Shown here: positions 15,195 to 30,411 of the stretch, in pieces
Layout of the letters: every line of letters begins with the position of its first letter
Numbering within the stretch: the stretch's first letter is position 1
Made by a program: the position numbers and the translations under genes
Source of the DNA: Eledone cirrhosa
Lineage: Eukaryota
Length of the DNA: 64,000 nucleotides
Direction: 5' to 3'
Assembly: GCA_964016885.1 (NCBI GenBank)
Contig: OZ024740.1
Location: 276,520,001 to 276,584,000, forward strand
Notes under the pieces: generated by a model
Seen by the model: only the letters and a program-made list of their open reading frames with translations
Databases searched by the model: none
Told to the model about the DNA's origin: nothing

Positions 15195-15468
15195 TTCAGG
15201 TTCGATGACAAACAACAACTCTGCTCTGGCACTAAACATCCTCAATCCGGGTTTAACCATGCATATCAAGAGTGAACCGATATCTCCTCCTCGTGAAAGC
15301 AACACGCCGTCTAGCCAGCAACTGCGACCTACGTCAGTGAACAACCAGGGTCACTTATCTCCAGGCCACATATCACATAGCAATAGTTCGTCACCGAGCA
15401 GCACCCAGGAATACGAGCAAGGACCCACTGGTTCGAAACGATCTCGAATAGAAGGCTGGGCAACATAG
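15195..15468 (+). CDS. MEF2: MEF2 last coding exon (transactivation-domain C-terminus)
   Basis: Long polypyrimidine tract and catcag acceptor, in phase with the upstream exon (GG+T). Encodes MHIKSEPISPPRE, the hallmark MEF2 phospho-dependent SUMO motif, and the MEF2-type end KRSRIEGWAT*. Confidence 0.93.
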
Positions 15469-16207
15469 CCACCTCTTCTGCTCTGCTCTCAGCCGTTCCT
15501 GTTAATGCTTGCTGATTCGTTTGTGTTTTTCTAAGGAGTATATATATATATGTACACCTGCCTGCCAGAGTAAGGTAGGGTAGGGGTCAGGGGACACTGA
15601 ACTGCCACAGTTACTGATGGTGCCTTTTTTGGGAGGGAAAAGTGTAAAGAGTCTGGTAACTGCTGCTGTTTTTTTTTTTTTTTTTTGGTGTCCCATATAT
15701 TACAAAAAAAAAAAATATTAACAAGAAAAAATAGTTTAAAAAAAACAAAACCAAAAAAAAAATCAAAGTTAATAATGACTGAACTAACGAACTAATACAT
15801 AAATAAATACCAATATAAATAAATGAAAGAGACAAACTCAATTTAATAATAATAATATATTAATAATAATTGCAGGAATATTTTGCAAGGAGTGATGTTT
15901 TTTTTCCAAGACTTGTATTCCAGTAATAGGCCAATTGCACAGTTGTACTTTGTATAATTCTTGTTGCCTTTTGCTAATTAATAATAATAATAATGATAAT
16001 GTCTTGGGGTCAATAATTTAAACATTGTCTCTTAGACATTTTTTTTGGGCCATTTCAGACCCAAGTAGCTTTTGGAATAGAAACAAAACTCACCATAAAC
16101 TCTAAAAACAGTTTTTACTATTTTAACTTTCTTTCCCTAGCGTCCCCCAGTTCTGTATTTTGATACATATGTATATATGTATATGTATGTATTATACATA
16201 CATACGT

Positions 16208-16266
<59 letters not shown>

Positions 16267-17331
16267 AGTATGTGTGTGTGTGTATATATATATGTGTGTG
16301 GCTGTGTATGTGTATATATAAATATGTATTTATTTATATTCAGATATATGCATATATGTGTGTATGTATATATATATATAATGTCTGTAACTGGAGAACA
16401 TAACCAAGAAAGAAGAGAGAGAGGCACAAAGAAAGGAAATCATAGAAGCATCACATGCACTCACCCCACATGACAAAAGACGAAAAGAAAGATAAAGAAT
16501 ATTTAGACACTACAACGTTTCTCCTCCTGCTTTACTCTTGAGAAATTAACTTCGTTTGTTGTTTTATTTATTCATTTTTAATTATATATTTCCATCAATA
16601 CCATTTTTGCTCTTAAACAAACAAACAAAAATATTTTTCTCATTTTTATTTTGAGATTGATTATCATTTTTTTTAATACCCCCAAGGACACTGGATTGCC
16701 AGAATGAGAACGTTAGATAAATATGATTTGCAGTATTTAGTTATGTCCCTTTACCTTTTTAGGTTCAAATCCTACTGAGGTTGACTTTGCTTTTCATCTT
16801 TATGGTGTTTCTCAACACAAAGTACCAGACCAAGTACTAGTGTCAATTATATTGAAAAAATGAGGCCTTGTGCCTAGGTTAGAAAATATCTAGGGCAGTT
16901 TTTGTTTTGTTTTGTTTTGTTTTGTTGTCACTTGGGTGTTCTGTATGAAGGGACAGTGCCCAAGGACTTCAAAGGTTGATTGGCAGAATCTTCAGAGCAA
17001 ATGCTTTGACCTTCTAAGTTCAAAGCCCACCAAGGTCAACTTTGTTTTTCATCCTTTTGGAGTTGATAAAATAAAGTACCAGTACAGTACTGCAAACTGA
17101 TGTAATTGACCCCATCCTCCTTCAAAATTGCTGGCCTTGTGCCTAAATAAGTAACCATTATTGTTATCTTTATAGATATATTTTCTCATTTTATTTTTAT
17201 TTCATTTGGAGATTTTGTTGTATTACTTTTCAAAAATGTTTGCGAATGAAATATCCAAAATATTTATTAAGCTCATCTTCCTCTTTATATTTTTCTTTTT
17301 TTTTCTTTTCAATCTCAAAACTGCTAATATA

Positions 17332-17381
<50 letters not shown>

Positions 17382-17913
17382 ATATAAAGATTTGTTGCTT
17401 ACTGAGAAAGGTACCAATGTTAGCACTATGCTGTAGCAGTGTGTATACAATAAGAAGAACAAAACAAGGTTTCACATTGAGGTTTTCGTTGATTAGACTC
17501 TGGTGAGAAGATTGGGGCTGCAGTCTAGTCTATAACACAAATATTGATCCTGAGTCACCCATTTGTGAAACGTTCGTAACTGAGCCTAATCAATAAAAAC
17601 CTTAATGCGCAACCTTGTTTTGTTCTTAATATATATATATTAAGTACAAACAACAGCAACAGGCATCTCTCTTCCTTTTGCTATTTACAACCCTCCCCTA
17701 ATCAAATTTTGAAGAGTCCAAATAAGTAATGATAATAATCGTAATGGCTTTGATTTAGGCACAAGGCCAGTAATTTGGGTATGTGGGGATAAGTTTAGAA
17801 TATCAAACCCATTGCTTGAATGGCATTTTATTTTATTAACCCTTTAAAGTAGAAAGGAAAAGGTGACCTCAGTGGGATTTGAACTCAGAATGTAAAGAGC
17901 TGAAAGAAACACC

Positions 17914-18140
17914 TTAACCCTTTAACATTCACATTACTCTATATATACTATTATATTTTCATGGTAAATGCTTTATCTCACATAATTATCTCACATAATA
18001 TCAAATCTATGAGATTTTGAAAGTATTTATTTTGAGAACAATACCTTAACATCAGTATGAGTGACCAGTTACAGCCAGTTTCAACAGAAAAAGGTAGAGA
18101 ATTCTGGCCGGTTTTGGCTGGTTTGAACATTAAAGGGTTA
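17914..18140 (+). mobile_element. piggyBac-type MITE (TTAA-flanked, CCCTTT termini) inserted in an old SINE
   Basis: ttaaccctttaacattc...cattaaagggttaa. The flanks 17750-17913 and 18141-18185 join into one family-A-like SINE on the - strand. Confidence 0.75.
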
Positions 18141-18247
18141 AAGCATTTTTTTGCAATGCTCTAATGGTTCTGCCAATTCACTAACTTTGATAATAATAAT
18201 GATTTCTGATTTAGGCACAAGGTCAGCACCTTTGATAATAATAATAC

Positions 18248-18475
18248 TTAACCCTTTAATGTTCAAACCAGCCAAAACCAGCCAGAATTCTCTACCTTTT
18301 TCTGTTGAAACTGGCTGTAACTGGTCACTCATACTGATGTTAAGGTATTGTTCTCAAAATAAATACTTTCAAAATCTCATAGATTCGATATTATGTGAGA
18401 TAATTATGTGAGATAAAGCATTTACCATGAAAATATAATAGTAAATATAGAATAAGGTGAATGCTAAAGGGTTAA
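18248..18475 (-). mobile_element. Second copy of the same piggyBac-type MITE, inverted
   Basis: Reverse complement of 17914-18140 with few mismatches. A third, diverged copy lies at 47882-48096. Confidence 0.75.
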
Positions 18476-18562
18476 CACAGACTAAACTTTTTCTTTGAAC
18501 CAGCCTACTAACCCACAATCACAAGCTCATCTACCAAAGAAAACTCATGATTATTATTATTA

Positions 18563-19965
18563 GGGCGGTGGATCAAAAGTATCGGTAGAGGGTCGGATGC
18601 TATGCTTTGCAGCATAGAGTTTCGCCCCTTTACCATCTGAGTTTAAATCCCGCCGAGGCTAAGTTTGCCTTTCATCCTTACGGGGTCGATAAAATAAAGC
18701 ACTAGTAATGCACTGGGGTAATTGCTGGCCTTGTGCCACAAATAGAAACAATTATTATTTGGATTGGCAGAATTGTTAAGAGTATAGGACAATATGCTTT
18801 ATGGCATTTAGTTACAGTTTTTAACATATGGTGTCCTAAACCTGACTTTCATTCTTCTGAGGGCTGTGGTTGATAAAATAAAGTATTCACTGAGTACTGG
18901 ACTTGGTGTAATTGAATAATCCTTCACCAAATCTCCAGTCTTCTGCCTATATTAAGAATAATAATTGTTTCTACTTTTGGCACAAGTCCAGCAATTACCC
19001 AGTGTATTACTGGTACTTTATTTTATCGACCCCGTAAGAATGAAAGGCAAAGTTAACCTCGGCAGGATTTGAACTCAGACCGTAAAGGGACGTAACTATG
19101 CTGGAAAGCATGTTGTCCAACTCTCTACCAATACTGCCAATCCCACAGCCTCCATATTAAGAATAATAATTGTTTCTACTTTAGGCACAAGGCCAGCAAT
19201 TACGCAGTGCATTACTGGTACTTTATTTTATCGACCCCGTCAGGATGAAAGGCAAAGTTAACCTCGGCGGGATTTGAACTCAGAATGGCAAGGGCCGTAA
19301 CTCTATACGTCAAAGCATGGCGTCCGACCCTCTACTGATACTGCCAGTTTGTCCTCTCATCATTATCTTGTTTCTTTTCTCCCATTTTCAACACCAGTCA
19401 ACATCTAACCACTCCATAACACATTCACCCTACTACCCACTGCTGCTGACTTGAAAATATAGCCAAAAAAATAGAAATGAAAAAAGACCCAAAGCAAACA
19501 CTTTCAAGGAAGTTGTTTTTTTTCATTTTAATTCAAAGAATGGCCAATCAACATCTCATTGTTTAATCCAGTTTTGATTTTGTTGCTGTTGTTGTAGTTA
19601 ATGCTGTTGTTATTATTTTTCTTTAAAATGTGTGTTTTTATATTTTTGTTATTCTTGTTAATTTTGTTTTTGCTGTTGTTGGCTTTTTTGGGGGATTTTT
19701 TTTTTTCATCTTTCTTTCATTAGTATTAACATCGTCATTTTTACTGCGGGGAATTATTATTATTATTATTATTATTATTATGGCGGTGGATTGGCAGTAT
19801 CGGTAGAGGGTTGGGGGCCATGCTTTGAGTTACACGGCCCTTTATGGTCTCAGTTCAAATCCCGCCAAGGTTAACTTTACCTTTCATCCTTACGGGGTCG
19901 ATAATTTAAAGTACCGGCAATACACTGGGATAATTGCTGGCCTTGTGCCAAAAGTAGAAGCAATT
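18563..19965. mobile_element. Cluster of SINE family A copies: 18563-18757 (+), 18962-19146 (-), 19168-19347 (-), 19782-19965 (+)
   Basis: Each matches the 2868-3047 copy over its full length. Confidence 0.85.
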
Positions 19966-21642
19966 ATTATTATTATTATTATTATAGCAAATGCAGTAGG
20001 TTGTCAGAGTTGTTAGACTAAATGCCGTGCAATATTCCATTGCAACATTTCTGAGTTCAAATCCTACTTATATTTAATGTTCAATAAAATGTACACCAGT
20101 CAAATACTGAATCATTTTAATCAATTCTCCCTTCCCCCAAATTGCTGGCTTTGTGCCTAAAGCCTAAATGAGAAACCAATATTATGATGTAAGACATAGA
20201 GCAGGGGATTTACAAAGTGGTAAATCTCCAAATGAAATGCTTTTAATTACAGCCTCTTATGCTCTGATTTCAAATCTCTTCAAGACTGACATTAACTTTC
20301 ATCCTTCTGAAAGGTCTTTAAAATAAATACTAGTCAAGTACTGAGCACATGTTTTTTACTTATACCTCATACCTCATCCTCCAATGAAAAATACTATGCC
20401 GCTATACCAGTGTTTGAGATAATAATTATTGTGATTATTAATTACCCTTCCATGGTTAATGATAAAATAAGTAAGCAGCCAAGTACTCTGATTGATTTCA
20501 ATTCCATTAACTGTCCCTCTTTTAAATTTATTGGCTTGCTTCAGATGAAGAAATCACTGTTGTTATTATTAAAATACGAGTGGGGGCATTTTAATAACAA
20601 TAATAGTAGAACACCAGATAAAATGGTATAATGGCAGTATTTATAGGACACCAGATAAAACGTCATGATAATAGTTTGTGGAGAACACTGTATACAATAC
20701 TACTATCATTTACAGTATTTGTAAAACACTGGATAAAATACCAGTGTTAGTAGAATGGTAAAACATGAGATAAAATGCTTTGTGCAGTATTTAGTTATGT
20801 TCCTTTATGTTCTAAGTTCAAATCATGCCAAGATCAACTTTGCTTTCTTTTTTTAAAGTCAGTATGATAAGAGCATCTTAAATTTGTGGCCCTGTAATTA
20901 CTGAATATAAACCGAGGAATATATGACAAAAAAAATCAATGGTAAAATGAAGGCTGGCTTATATATGCCATCTAAACAATGTGTTGATTAGCTGCTTCAG
21001 TTTATAAATGGATTTAGGATTTTTGCCTATTTCTCAGAAATAAAATAGGCTGGGAGTCGGCTTATATTCGAGTGTATATGGTATATCAGAAACTATGGGA
21101 ACTTCTTTGGGCCAATCAACCTGGTAGAAATAGCAACAAAATCTCTGTCAAAAGAAACTACTATCTTTAAAAAAAGGAAGGTTGCATTTGATAATGTAGG
21201 ACTAGATACTCTGTAAATGATAAAACGGTGGTATGGTCACGACTGAAAAACCTTTGATTATAGGTATCCCAAATGCAGGATAATCCTTGGCTAAATAGCA
21301 ACAACAGCATTGTGATACTTTTTCTAGTGACAGGGCCACCTTGAACCTAAGCAATAAAGTTCTTGGTGCACTTCATCTGCAAGCTGGTTGTTTTAGTTTT
21401 TCCCTCATTGTAACCACTTAATTACCTTGGTAATGCTCTTTGGAATGTCAAAAATATTGCATAACTGCTGTTCTTCGTTCCTTTCAAATTGAGGTTCCAT
21501 GATTTATTTATTTATTATAAGATTTAGTCAGGAGGAGGAATGGGGGAATGTCCATGACCTTCACAGGCTCTCTGAGACTGCTGATTTGAATGAGGTTCAG
21601 TTTGAACAATGTTATGACAAAGGAAAAAATCATTTTCATCAC

Positions 21643-21673
<31 letters not shown>

Positions 21674-21675
21674 GC

Positions 21676-21720
<45 letters not shown>

Positions 21721-23853
21721 GTCTTCATTTTCCCCAAACTTGTAAAAGATTGTTAAACAGTCTATGTATGAAACAAAAGTTTAAAAAGCAACAACACAAC
21801 AAACGAAAGAAGAAAAAATTAGATATAAATGAAAAGAAAAGAAAGGTGGGATTAAAGACAATTGCCACAACAACAAAACTCAAGAAATAAATAGAAGAAG
21901 GATTTTATATTAAATTTCATACACGATTTAATCTGAAACCACATGTTGAAACTGAAATATCTACATTGTGGAAGAATTGTTTTAGCCATCTATCAACCAC
22001 ACAAACAAACCTGTTATATTCACTTTTTATGTATTTCAGCCATCAGAATTTTGTGCAACCTGATAAATGACACAATTCCACTGAAATTTCATTTGTTATT
22101 ATTTTTAAATGCAATAGAGTGGTGGTAATAATAAGTATAACAACTTTAATAATGATAATGATTTCATTTATTGGCCATAAGGGCCAACATATATAATAAT
22201 AATAATAATAATAATAATGGCTTCTTTTGATTGACCAAAAGGTAATTAATATTTCTTTTATTTCGGATATGTAACTTAATGGTTTGATGAATAGAGACCA
22301 ATAAATTAAGCTCCAGACTTTAAAAAAATAAGTACTAGAGTTAATATTATTGACTAAATCTCTTCAAGGTGGTACTCCAGCATGCTTGTAGTCTAATGAC
22401 TGAAACCAGTAAAAGAATAAAAGAATGTATTTTAGTCAAATATATTGACACCAATAAAATATTGATATTAATTTTGTCAATTCCCGGTGGAATAGTTGGA
22501 AATGCAAAGTTGAATCTCAGAATTTGTCTTAGAAGAATTTAAATACTGTAAGGTATTTACTATGAAGCTCTTCTATTATATTTATTTCAACCTTCCTTAT
22601 GAAGATGATGACGCTGAAAAAGATGATAAAGACAATATCTTATTTAGACATAAGGCCATTTGTTAGAGGTGAATTAACTATTGCTGCTAAATGGTTCTTG
22701 AGAATCTTTATAAAATTGACTCCAGTGCATTACAGGTACTTATTAGTATTCCCTATATTGGTCCCAGAGAGGTAAAAAGCAATATTAATCATTCATGCCA
22801 AAATTTGAACTTTGAAAATAAAGGGAAAAATATCTTTTAGCATATTTTTAGGTTGGCAAGAGAAAACAGGTGGCTGGGTTCTTAAAGATGGGATTGAATT
22901 ACCAGCTTGAGTTTGAACCAACTACAGGCTTTTCATTCTTTATTTGGCTGGTGCATACAATTCTACATGGTCCTCTCCCACTAGCTGTATGTACAAAGTG
23001 GATATAGGTTTCAGATTAGGTAGTAAATAATAATTGTAATAGACTGGCAACCTATCTGGTAGCCATCATGAAACCAAAGTGATATGCTGGCCCTTAAAAA
23101 CCATAAGGGACTAACAAAGTACCATTTACCATTATATTCATTGAAACAGTCTGCTAACTATTATTTTAACCCAAATGTCCCTTATATGATTTCAGACAAA
23201 TAAGAAATGTTTTTTTTTTTATGGGGATAGGGAAAGAAAATTTCACGTTCATTCTCAAAAATCAAAAGTAGAGAGAAGGGCAAAGGCATATTGGCTGCTG
23301 GTGTTGTGGTAGTCATCACTGGAGAGAAAGGGCAACTTTATCCCTGTCAAGTGAGCCAAACATGCAAGAATAGTTTCATATTCTAGTTATACTTATTTCA
23401 TTTTCACATACAAAGCAAGTGACTTGAGTGGTGAATGAACCTTCCACAACTTCCCATTGCTCATTCTTCCTCCCTTTCTTATTATAGTCTTTGCACTTAG
23501 TCAAAACTGCCCTGTCACCATTCTCCACTCTCTTGCTATTATACACTCACTAAATTGTTACAGATTTTATATTGTTTAGCACTTTCGCTCATGATTTACA
23601 TCTCTCTATTTGTATTTTATTTGTCATCCAAGTTTTCTTTTTGTTATTTGTTTCCATTTAATATTAATTTTGTTTATTTTATTTTGATGTTATATTTTTC
23701 TGGGAGTTTTTTTTCTCTTACTTTCTCTTTTTGGTCAGAACAAAAAAAAAAAAATACCAAAGAAGATCAGAGAAAAGAATTATTTCTTTATATGAAGGTT
23801 GAGCATAGAGCCGAATTAGAATAATACACTTGCATATACATATATATTGATAC

Positions 23854-23903
<50 letters not shown>

Positions 23904-24333
23904 GCCCCGGCATATATATATACAATGCAAGGGATGGGTACCTCTAGAATAAAAAATCCCTGGATGTATAGAGTATATATTGGTTATGGAGGGAATTTTA
24001 ATTATAATTTTTCACAGTAACTGACCAGTTTCATTTCAGTTATTGTGAGAATTTGTGTTTTAAATTCACTGAATAAAGTTCATATATGAATATATATATA
24101 TATATATATAGTAGAAATAGAAGCTTTCACCCTATTTTTGACTAAAGAAATTTAAGCCTGATAGTGAGGTTTAAAACCCTCTAAAAAATTGGAAAAGGGT
24201 GAGTATTGATGTATCCGTTTCCATTTTTAGAAGGTTTTAAACCTTACTATCAGACTAAAATTTGTTTAGTCAAAAATACGGTGAAAGCTTCTATTTCTAC
24301 TAAATTTCAAACTTCGCTGGCTATTTCAAAACA

Positions 24334-24379
<46 letters not shown>

Positions 24380-25805
24380 CACAATTTGTAAATATGTGTG
24401 TGTATATTATATATAGTGAAACAAGGGATTGGCGGAGAGAAAGTGTTATTGTGTTGTTATATAAAAGAGGTATTGAGAATGAAAATTTGAAAAATAAAAG
24501 AATTTTTAATTGCTAATGAGGAGAGAACATATAAGAAGAGCAAGTGATGAAGATGATGCAGACGAAATCTAGGCAAAAAATTTAATTTGTTAATTTTTAA
24601 TATTTTAATTTGTTTTGATTGTTTTCTGTATTTCGTTTTTTTTTTCTCTCAATGGGTTGGGGATGGAACTAGTGATGCAAGTATTGAAAGTAAATGGAAC
24701 GACAGTAAAATGAAATGTTCATTGGGAAACGAAAATATAAAAAAGGAACAGAGCAGAATGCAAAGAAATGGCCATGAGTTTCTGTAAATGGTGTGCTTCA
24801 TCAGATTTAGATACACCAAAAGTAAATGAAACTGACAATTCTTGAGAAGCACGATTGGGGGATAGTAACAAAACCAACATGTTAAAAATAATAATAATAG
24901 TATTAATAATGATGATGATGATTTCTGTTAATTTTTAAAATAATAATTATTTCTCTCAATAATAATAATAATGACAACATCATCAATAATGATGAAGATT
25001 CTAATGAATTTGATTATGAAGAGGAGGATAACTGGCAATAGTAACATAAAGAAGTATCATGTGAGAATCTTGTGTGACTTCTAAGGGAAATATAACAATG
25101 GAAAAACCCCCAAAATAAACAAGAAGATCCATAACCACATAGGTGGTGTTGTGTGTATATGTGTGCATGTGTATGGATGTATGTGTGTGCGCACGCTTGT
25201 ATGTACTTGTATATGCGTACAAATTATTCAATTATTTATTAGTCTTATCGCTGTGAAATTTATTTTGTAGCAGTAGTCTGCTGGTATATTAGTAATTACT
25301 ACTGCAAGAATGTGAAAATATAGGAGAAAAAAAAATGGACCTTGTCAATGCCAAGATTTAAACAATAATGATGATGGTAATAATAATATTAATATTGATG
25401 ATGATAAAGAAATGGAAAAAAAAATTGCAAACAAAAACATAGAGAAAATATAAAAAAAAAAAAATTAAATAAAGAGTTTTTTTAAAAAATTTGCAAAACT
25501 TGAAAAAAATATAAAATAACAGAAAATAGATTAAAAAAAAATAGTGAAAGAAATTTTACAAAGAGTAATAATAATAATTATTATTATAATTATATATAAA
25601 TAATAACACGGACAGTCTACAAATGTCATTTTTTCCTGTGATGATATTTGGCATGAAATGTCTGCTCCAAAAAGTGTCTGTTGATTATTCAGAACTTTCT
25701 TTTTTACCACTGCACATATATCTCTCCCCTCCTACCACCAATGACACCCCTGCACTGTTCCTCACCAAATTCCCTCAATATAAATATATATCTATATATG
25801 TATAC

Positions 25806-25836
<31 letters not shown>

Positions 25837-25985
25837 TACATACATATATATGTATATATTCACATATATATACATATGTATACATATATATATATGTATA
25901 TATATATATATACATATATATATGTATATATATACATATATAAATGTGTGCATATATATACACGTGTGTATGTATATATATATGC

Positions 25986-26031
<46 letters not shown>

Positions 26032-26790
26032 CCTAAGTACAATAAAAAATAAACAAAGATGCACACACACCACAAAACAATGTAAAAAAAAAATGTCATG
26101 CTGTGACTGCAAATTATTTTTTACAATTTAATAAATATTTTGATTTTTTTTTCTGGAGGGGCTGTGAGGGTGGGTGGAGGTGAGGGTTGGAATGGAGAGG
26201 GCAGCTGTTCTTTAAAAGTTATTTGATGCAGCAATGATGATGCTAAGAAAAAAAGGGGATAAGGGGAAAAGGGAGTGGATTGAAAAGCAAGGCAAAGAAC
26301 ATCATTGTGCAATTTTTTTTTTTTTTCTTGGTGGAAAAGATGAAAAAGAATGAAGAAATGAAAAAATATTAACAACAACAACAACAACAACAACAGACAT
26401 TAAAAAGAAGAATATTAAAAAAATATTTATAAAAATAACAAAAATATAAACAAGAAAAAAATATTAATGATGACAACAACAACAAAACAACTATTAATGA
26501 CTGAATTTGAATTGACTAATTATATATATATATACATATATGTATATATTTTTTAATCCTGTGTAGTATTTAAATGATGGACATCTTGGAATGTATGTTT
26601 TTTTTTTGAGAGGAAACAAAGAAATGAAAAAGGTACATATATATATTTATGTGTGTTTATATATGCATATATATATATGTGTATATATACATATATGTAT
26701 ATATGCATATATGTATGTGTGTATATATATTTATATATGTGTGGTGCATATTTATATGTATATATATATATGAATGTATGTATACATATT

Positions 26791-26824
<34 letters not shown>

Positions 26825-27313
26825 ATGTGTTTGTAAACAAACCATATATACTTCTGTATAATTCACACATTTTGTCATGAAAAACAACAACCGAAAAACC
26901 AGCATCTAATTTATATGCTGGTCTTATTAAACTTTATATGTGAGTCAAGTATGAAACCAAAAATGTATGTAAAATAGGTGTGACCTATACATAAGTATAT
27001 GTGTGTATATATATATATATATATGCATATAGCTGTATGAATATATATGTATATTTGTATATATATATAGAGATATATGAATATGTGTATATATATATAT
27101 ATAAATATGTGTATATATGTATATATATTTAAATATATATATATATAAATATGTGTATATATGTATATATATTTAAATATATATATATATAAATGTGTAT
27201 ATATATATGTACATATGAATATATATATAAATGTGTATATATATATGTACATATGAATATATATATAAATGTTTAAATATATATATATATATATGAATAT
27301 ATATAAAAATATT

Positions 27314-27345
<32 letters not shown>

Positions 27346-27594
27346 ATGTATATGTATATATAAAATGAAAATGTCAAAAAATTTTCCATTTTTGTAGTTT
27401 GATAAGTATGAGGAGAAATATTTGGTGGGCCGATAATATTTTTTATGGCACCCTGTAAAATAATATGTAAAATGGCCAAATATTCTTGCCATAGTTAATG
27501 AATTTCTTGTGTTCTTGTTGGCTATTAAATTTTTTTTCCCTCAAAAAGACAATTTTCCATTCTTTTCTTTGAATGCCTTTTCGTTTAATTTAAT

Positions 27595-27634
<40 letters not shown>

Positions 27635-27741
27635 GGAGATGATGAAAGACTATGATGGATGGAGAGATGCTGTGCTGAAAAGGACCTGTCCCCCCTTTGC
27701 AAGCAGGGAAAAGCCGACATAAAATGATGCTGATGATGATA

Positions 27742-27786
<45 letters not shown>

Positions 27787-27993
27787 TGTACTGATTAAAG
27801 TTTAAGCAAAAAATTGCTGCTTTCACCCTTTTTTAGGATCTTCTGGAACTCAAGCAGCAATTCTTTGCTTAAACTTTAATCTGTACAGATAATAAATATT
27901 TGTTCTACGGGTTTTATATATATTAATTTTTTTATATATATAATCCTTATATATATAAAGCCCTCTTTGGATTTTAGTCTTAATTATTATTAT

Positions 27994-28030
<37 letters not shown>

Positions 28031-28689
28031 GTACAGGTTATACAAAGCATTGTGAGATATGTAATAAATGTCCGATAAAATTCAAAAAGACACTACAGTA
28101 GAACTATATAAAGGGTATGGAGGAGAAAGAAAACAAATCAAAGTAATGTTTTATCCAGTATATACCAGCATGATATTTTAGGGTTATTACCCTTTATTCG
28201 AATGCGAAGCAGAAGCACTTCAAAACGAAACAAACTATTGATGTATTCTTCTTTAACTGGCCAGTTAAAGAATAATGCATCAATCATGTGTTATTGTTTT
28301 GAACCATTTACATTTCACATTTGAAAAGAGGTTGTAGCCCTGAAATAGACCGGGTAAAACATTTCTTTATTTGATTTATCATCCTTTTTCCTTTACATAT
28401 TTCTACCACATTGTACTGGCTTTTTGAAATATATCAGCCTTTTATTACACATATTATTGTTTTTTTTTCAGTTAACAGACAAATGTCTTTTATAGGTTCA
28501 TCTCAACACTTTTGTTTTTAAGATATATGTGTTGATATGGTATCTATATGATATGGTATCACAATATAGATTGTGATGATGATGATGATGATATGATATC
28601 CCATTTTGTATATAGATCCAATATGGCATTTGGAGAAGTATATTAGTTACATTTGTTAAGGTTGAAAGGATAGTTTGCCTTCCATTATT

Positions 28690-29680
28690 GGATTGGCAGT
28701 ATCGGTAGAGAGTCGGACACCATGATTTGACGCATAGAGTTACGGCCCTTGCCATTCTGAGTCAAATCACGCTGGGATTAACTTTGCCTTTCATCCTTAC
28801 AGGGTCAATAAAATAAAATACCAGTAATGTACTGGTGAATTGCGGCCTTGTGCCTAAAATAGAAACAATTATTTTAAAGAATATTCAACTGATAATGCAG
28901 GATAGATATTTATTTTAACATCTACATTTGCTAATTAGTCTTGATATATCACATTTGAGCCCATTTAACATTTTCTATTTTAAAAAAAAAAAATTATATA
29001 TATACAGTTCATACTATACATGGTACACCATTCAGTACTGCTATTCAAAATTCTCCTCTAAGGTTTTAAAAATCTTAATATGACCAACGATATTAATACT
29101 TTTAAAGATGATAATAATGAAGGTGATGATGATGATGATATCACTAATTGAAACTGACAATAAGAGAAGTAATAAATGAACAAACACCAAATATCCTATT
29201 TATTTAGTTCATTCTCTAAAACAAACAAAAGTACGAATAAAAACAGAGACATTTATGTTAATTTGTGAATCATTATATATATATACATAGGGCGGTGAAT
29301 TGGCAGTATCGGTAGAGGGTCGGATATGCTTTCCAGCATAGTTACGTCCCTTTACGTTCTGAGTTCAAATCCCACCGAGGTTAACTTTGCCTTTCATCTT
29401 TTACGGGGGTCGATAAAATAAAGTACCAGTAATGCACTGGGTAATTACTGGCCTTGTTCCAAAAGTAGAAAGAATTATATATATATACATAGGGCAGTGG
29501 ATTGGCAGTATCGGTAGAGGGTCAGACGCCATGCTTTGCAGCGTAGACAGCCCTTGCCATTCTGAGTTCAAATCCCGCCGATGTTAACTTTGCCTTTCAT
29601 CCTTACAGGGTCGATAAAATAAAGTACCAGTAATGCACTGGGTAATTGCTGGCCTTGTGCCAAATGTAGAAACAATTATT
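28690..29680 (+). mobile_element. SINE family A copies at 28690-28872, 29290-29478 and 29491-29680
   Basis: Match family A. The last two are tandem, each preceded by attatatatatatacatagggc. Confidence 0.85.
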
Positions 29681-29854
29681 TATATATATATATATATATA
29701 TATCAGAATAGTGGCGGTAAAAAACCTGTTAGACCATAACTCATCAGAGTACTCAATACTTGCGGTAGGTAGTAGTAGTTTGGATCTAACTGTTGAAATG
29801 GCTAGAACTCAGCTGCCGGGGTCCCAAATACTTTCACATATGTATATGTATATA

Positions 29855-29936
<82 letters not shown>

Positions 29937-30411
29937 GAGGCGCGTGGATGAGATCATAATGTCGTGGGTTCGATTCCTGGGTTGCATGTGTTCTTGAGCA
30001 AAACACTTCATTTCACGTGGTCCAGTATAGTCAGCTGAAAATGAGTACCAGCAATAGCTGGGGGTTTAACCCTGCTATCGACTGGCGTCCTGTACAGAGG
30101 TGTCTTGTACTCTGTATACATATATATACATATATATATGCACACATATATATATATCATACATATATAAATAACTATATATCTATATCCAAAATTAAGA
30201 TAAATCAAATGAATTTAATCTAAATCAAAATTATGGGTGTCATGCCAGAAAGACATGCGCCATATCACCCGCAAAATAAGCTCTAAGATTCTATCGAGTA
30301 GGTCCGAGCATTTCATAATAACTAGAGATTGATTAACATATAAATAAATATTATTTATATGTTAATCAATCTCTAGTTATTATAAATAACTATATATATA
30401 TACATATATAT

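Larger units (their letters stand above)
15469..24080 (+). other. Probable long MEF2 3' UTR (end not determinable)
   Basis: Follows the stop codon; AU-rich with A and T runs and no further coding exons seen. Several AATAAA candidates, e.g. near 24072. The end coordinate is a guess. Confidence 0.3.

Noticed and set aside
15198-15200. Alternative MEF2 acceptor ttcag at 15199
   Set aside because: It would shift the frame relative to the phase-2 upstream exon and lose the conserved C-terminus.
28318-28356. TTGAAAA-GAGG..CCCT-GAAA as a second U3-A8 hammerhead
   Set aside because: Stems are poorly paired and the opposite arm of the palindrome does not preserve the motif.
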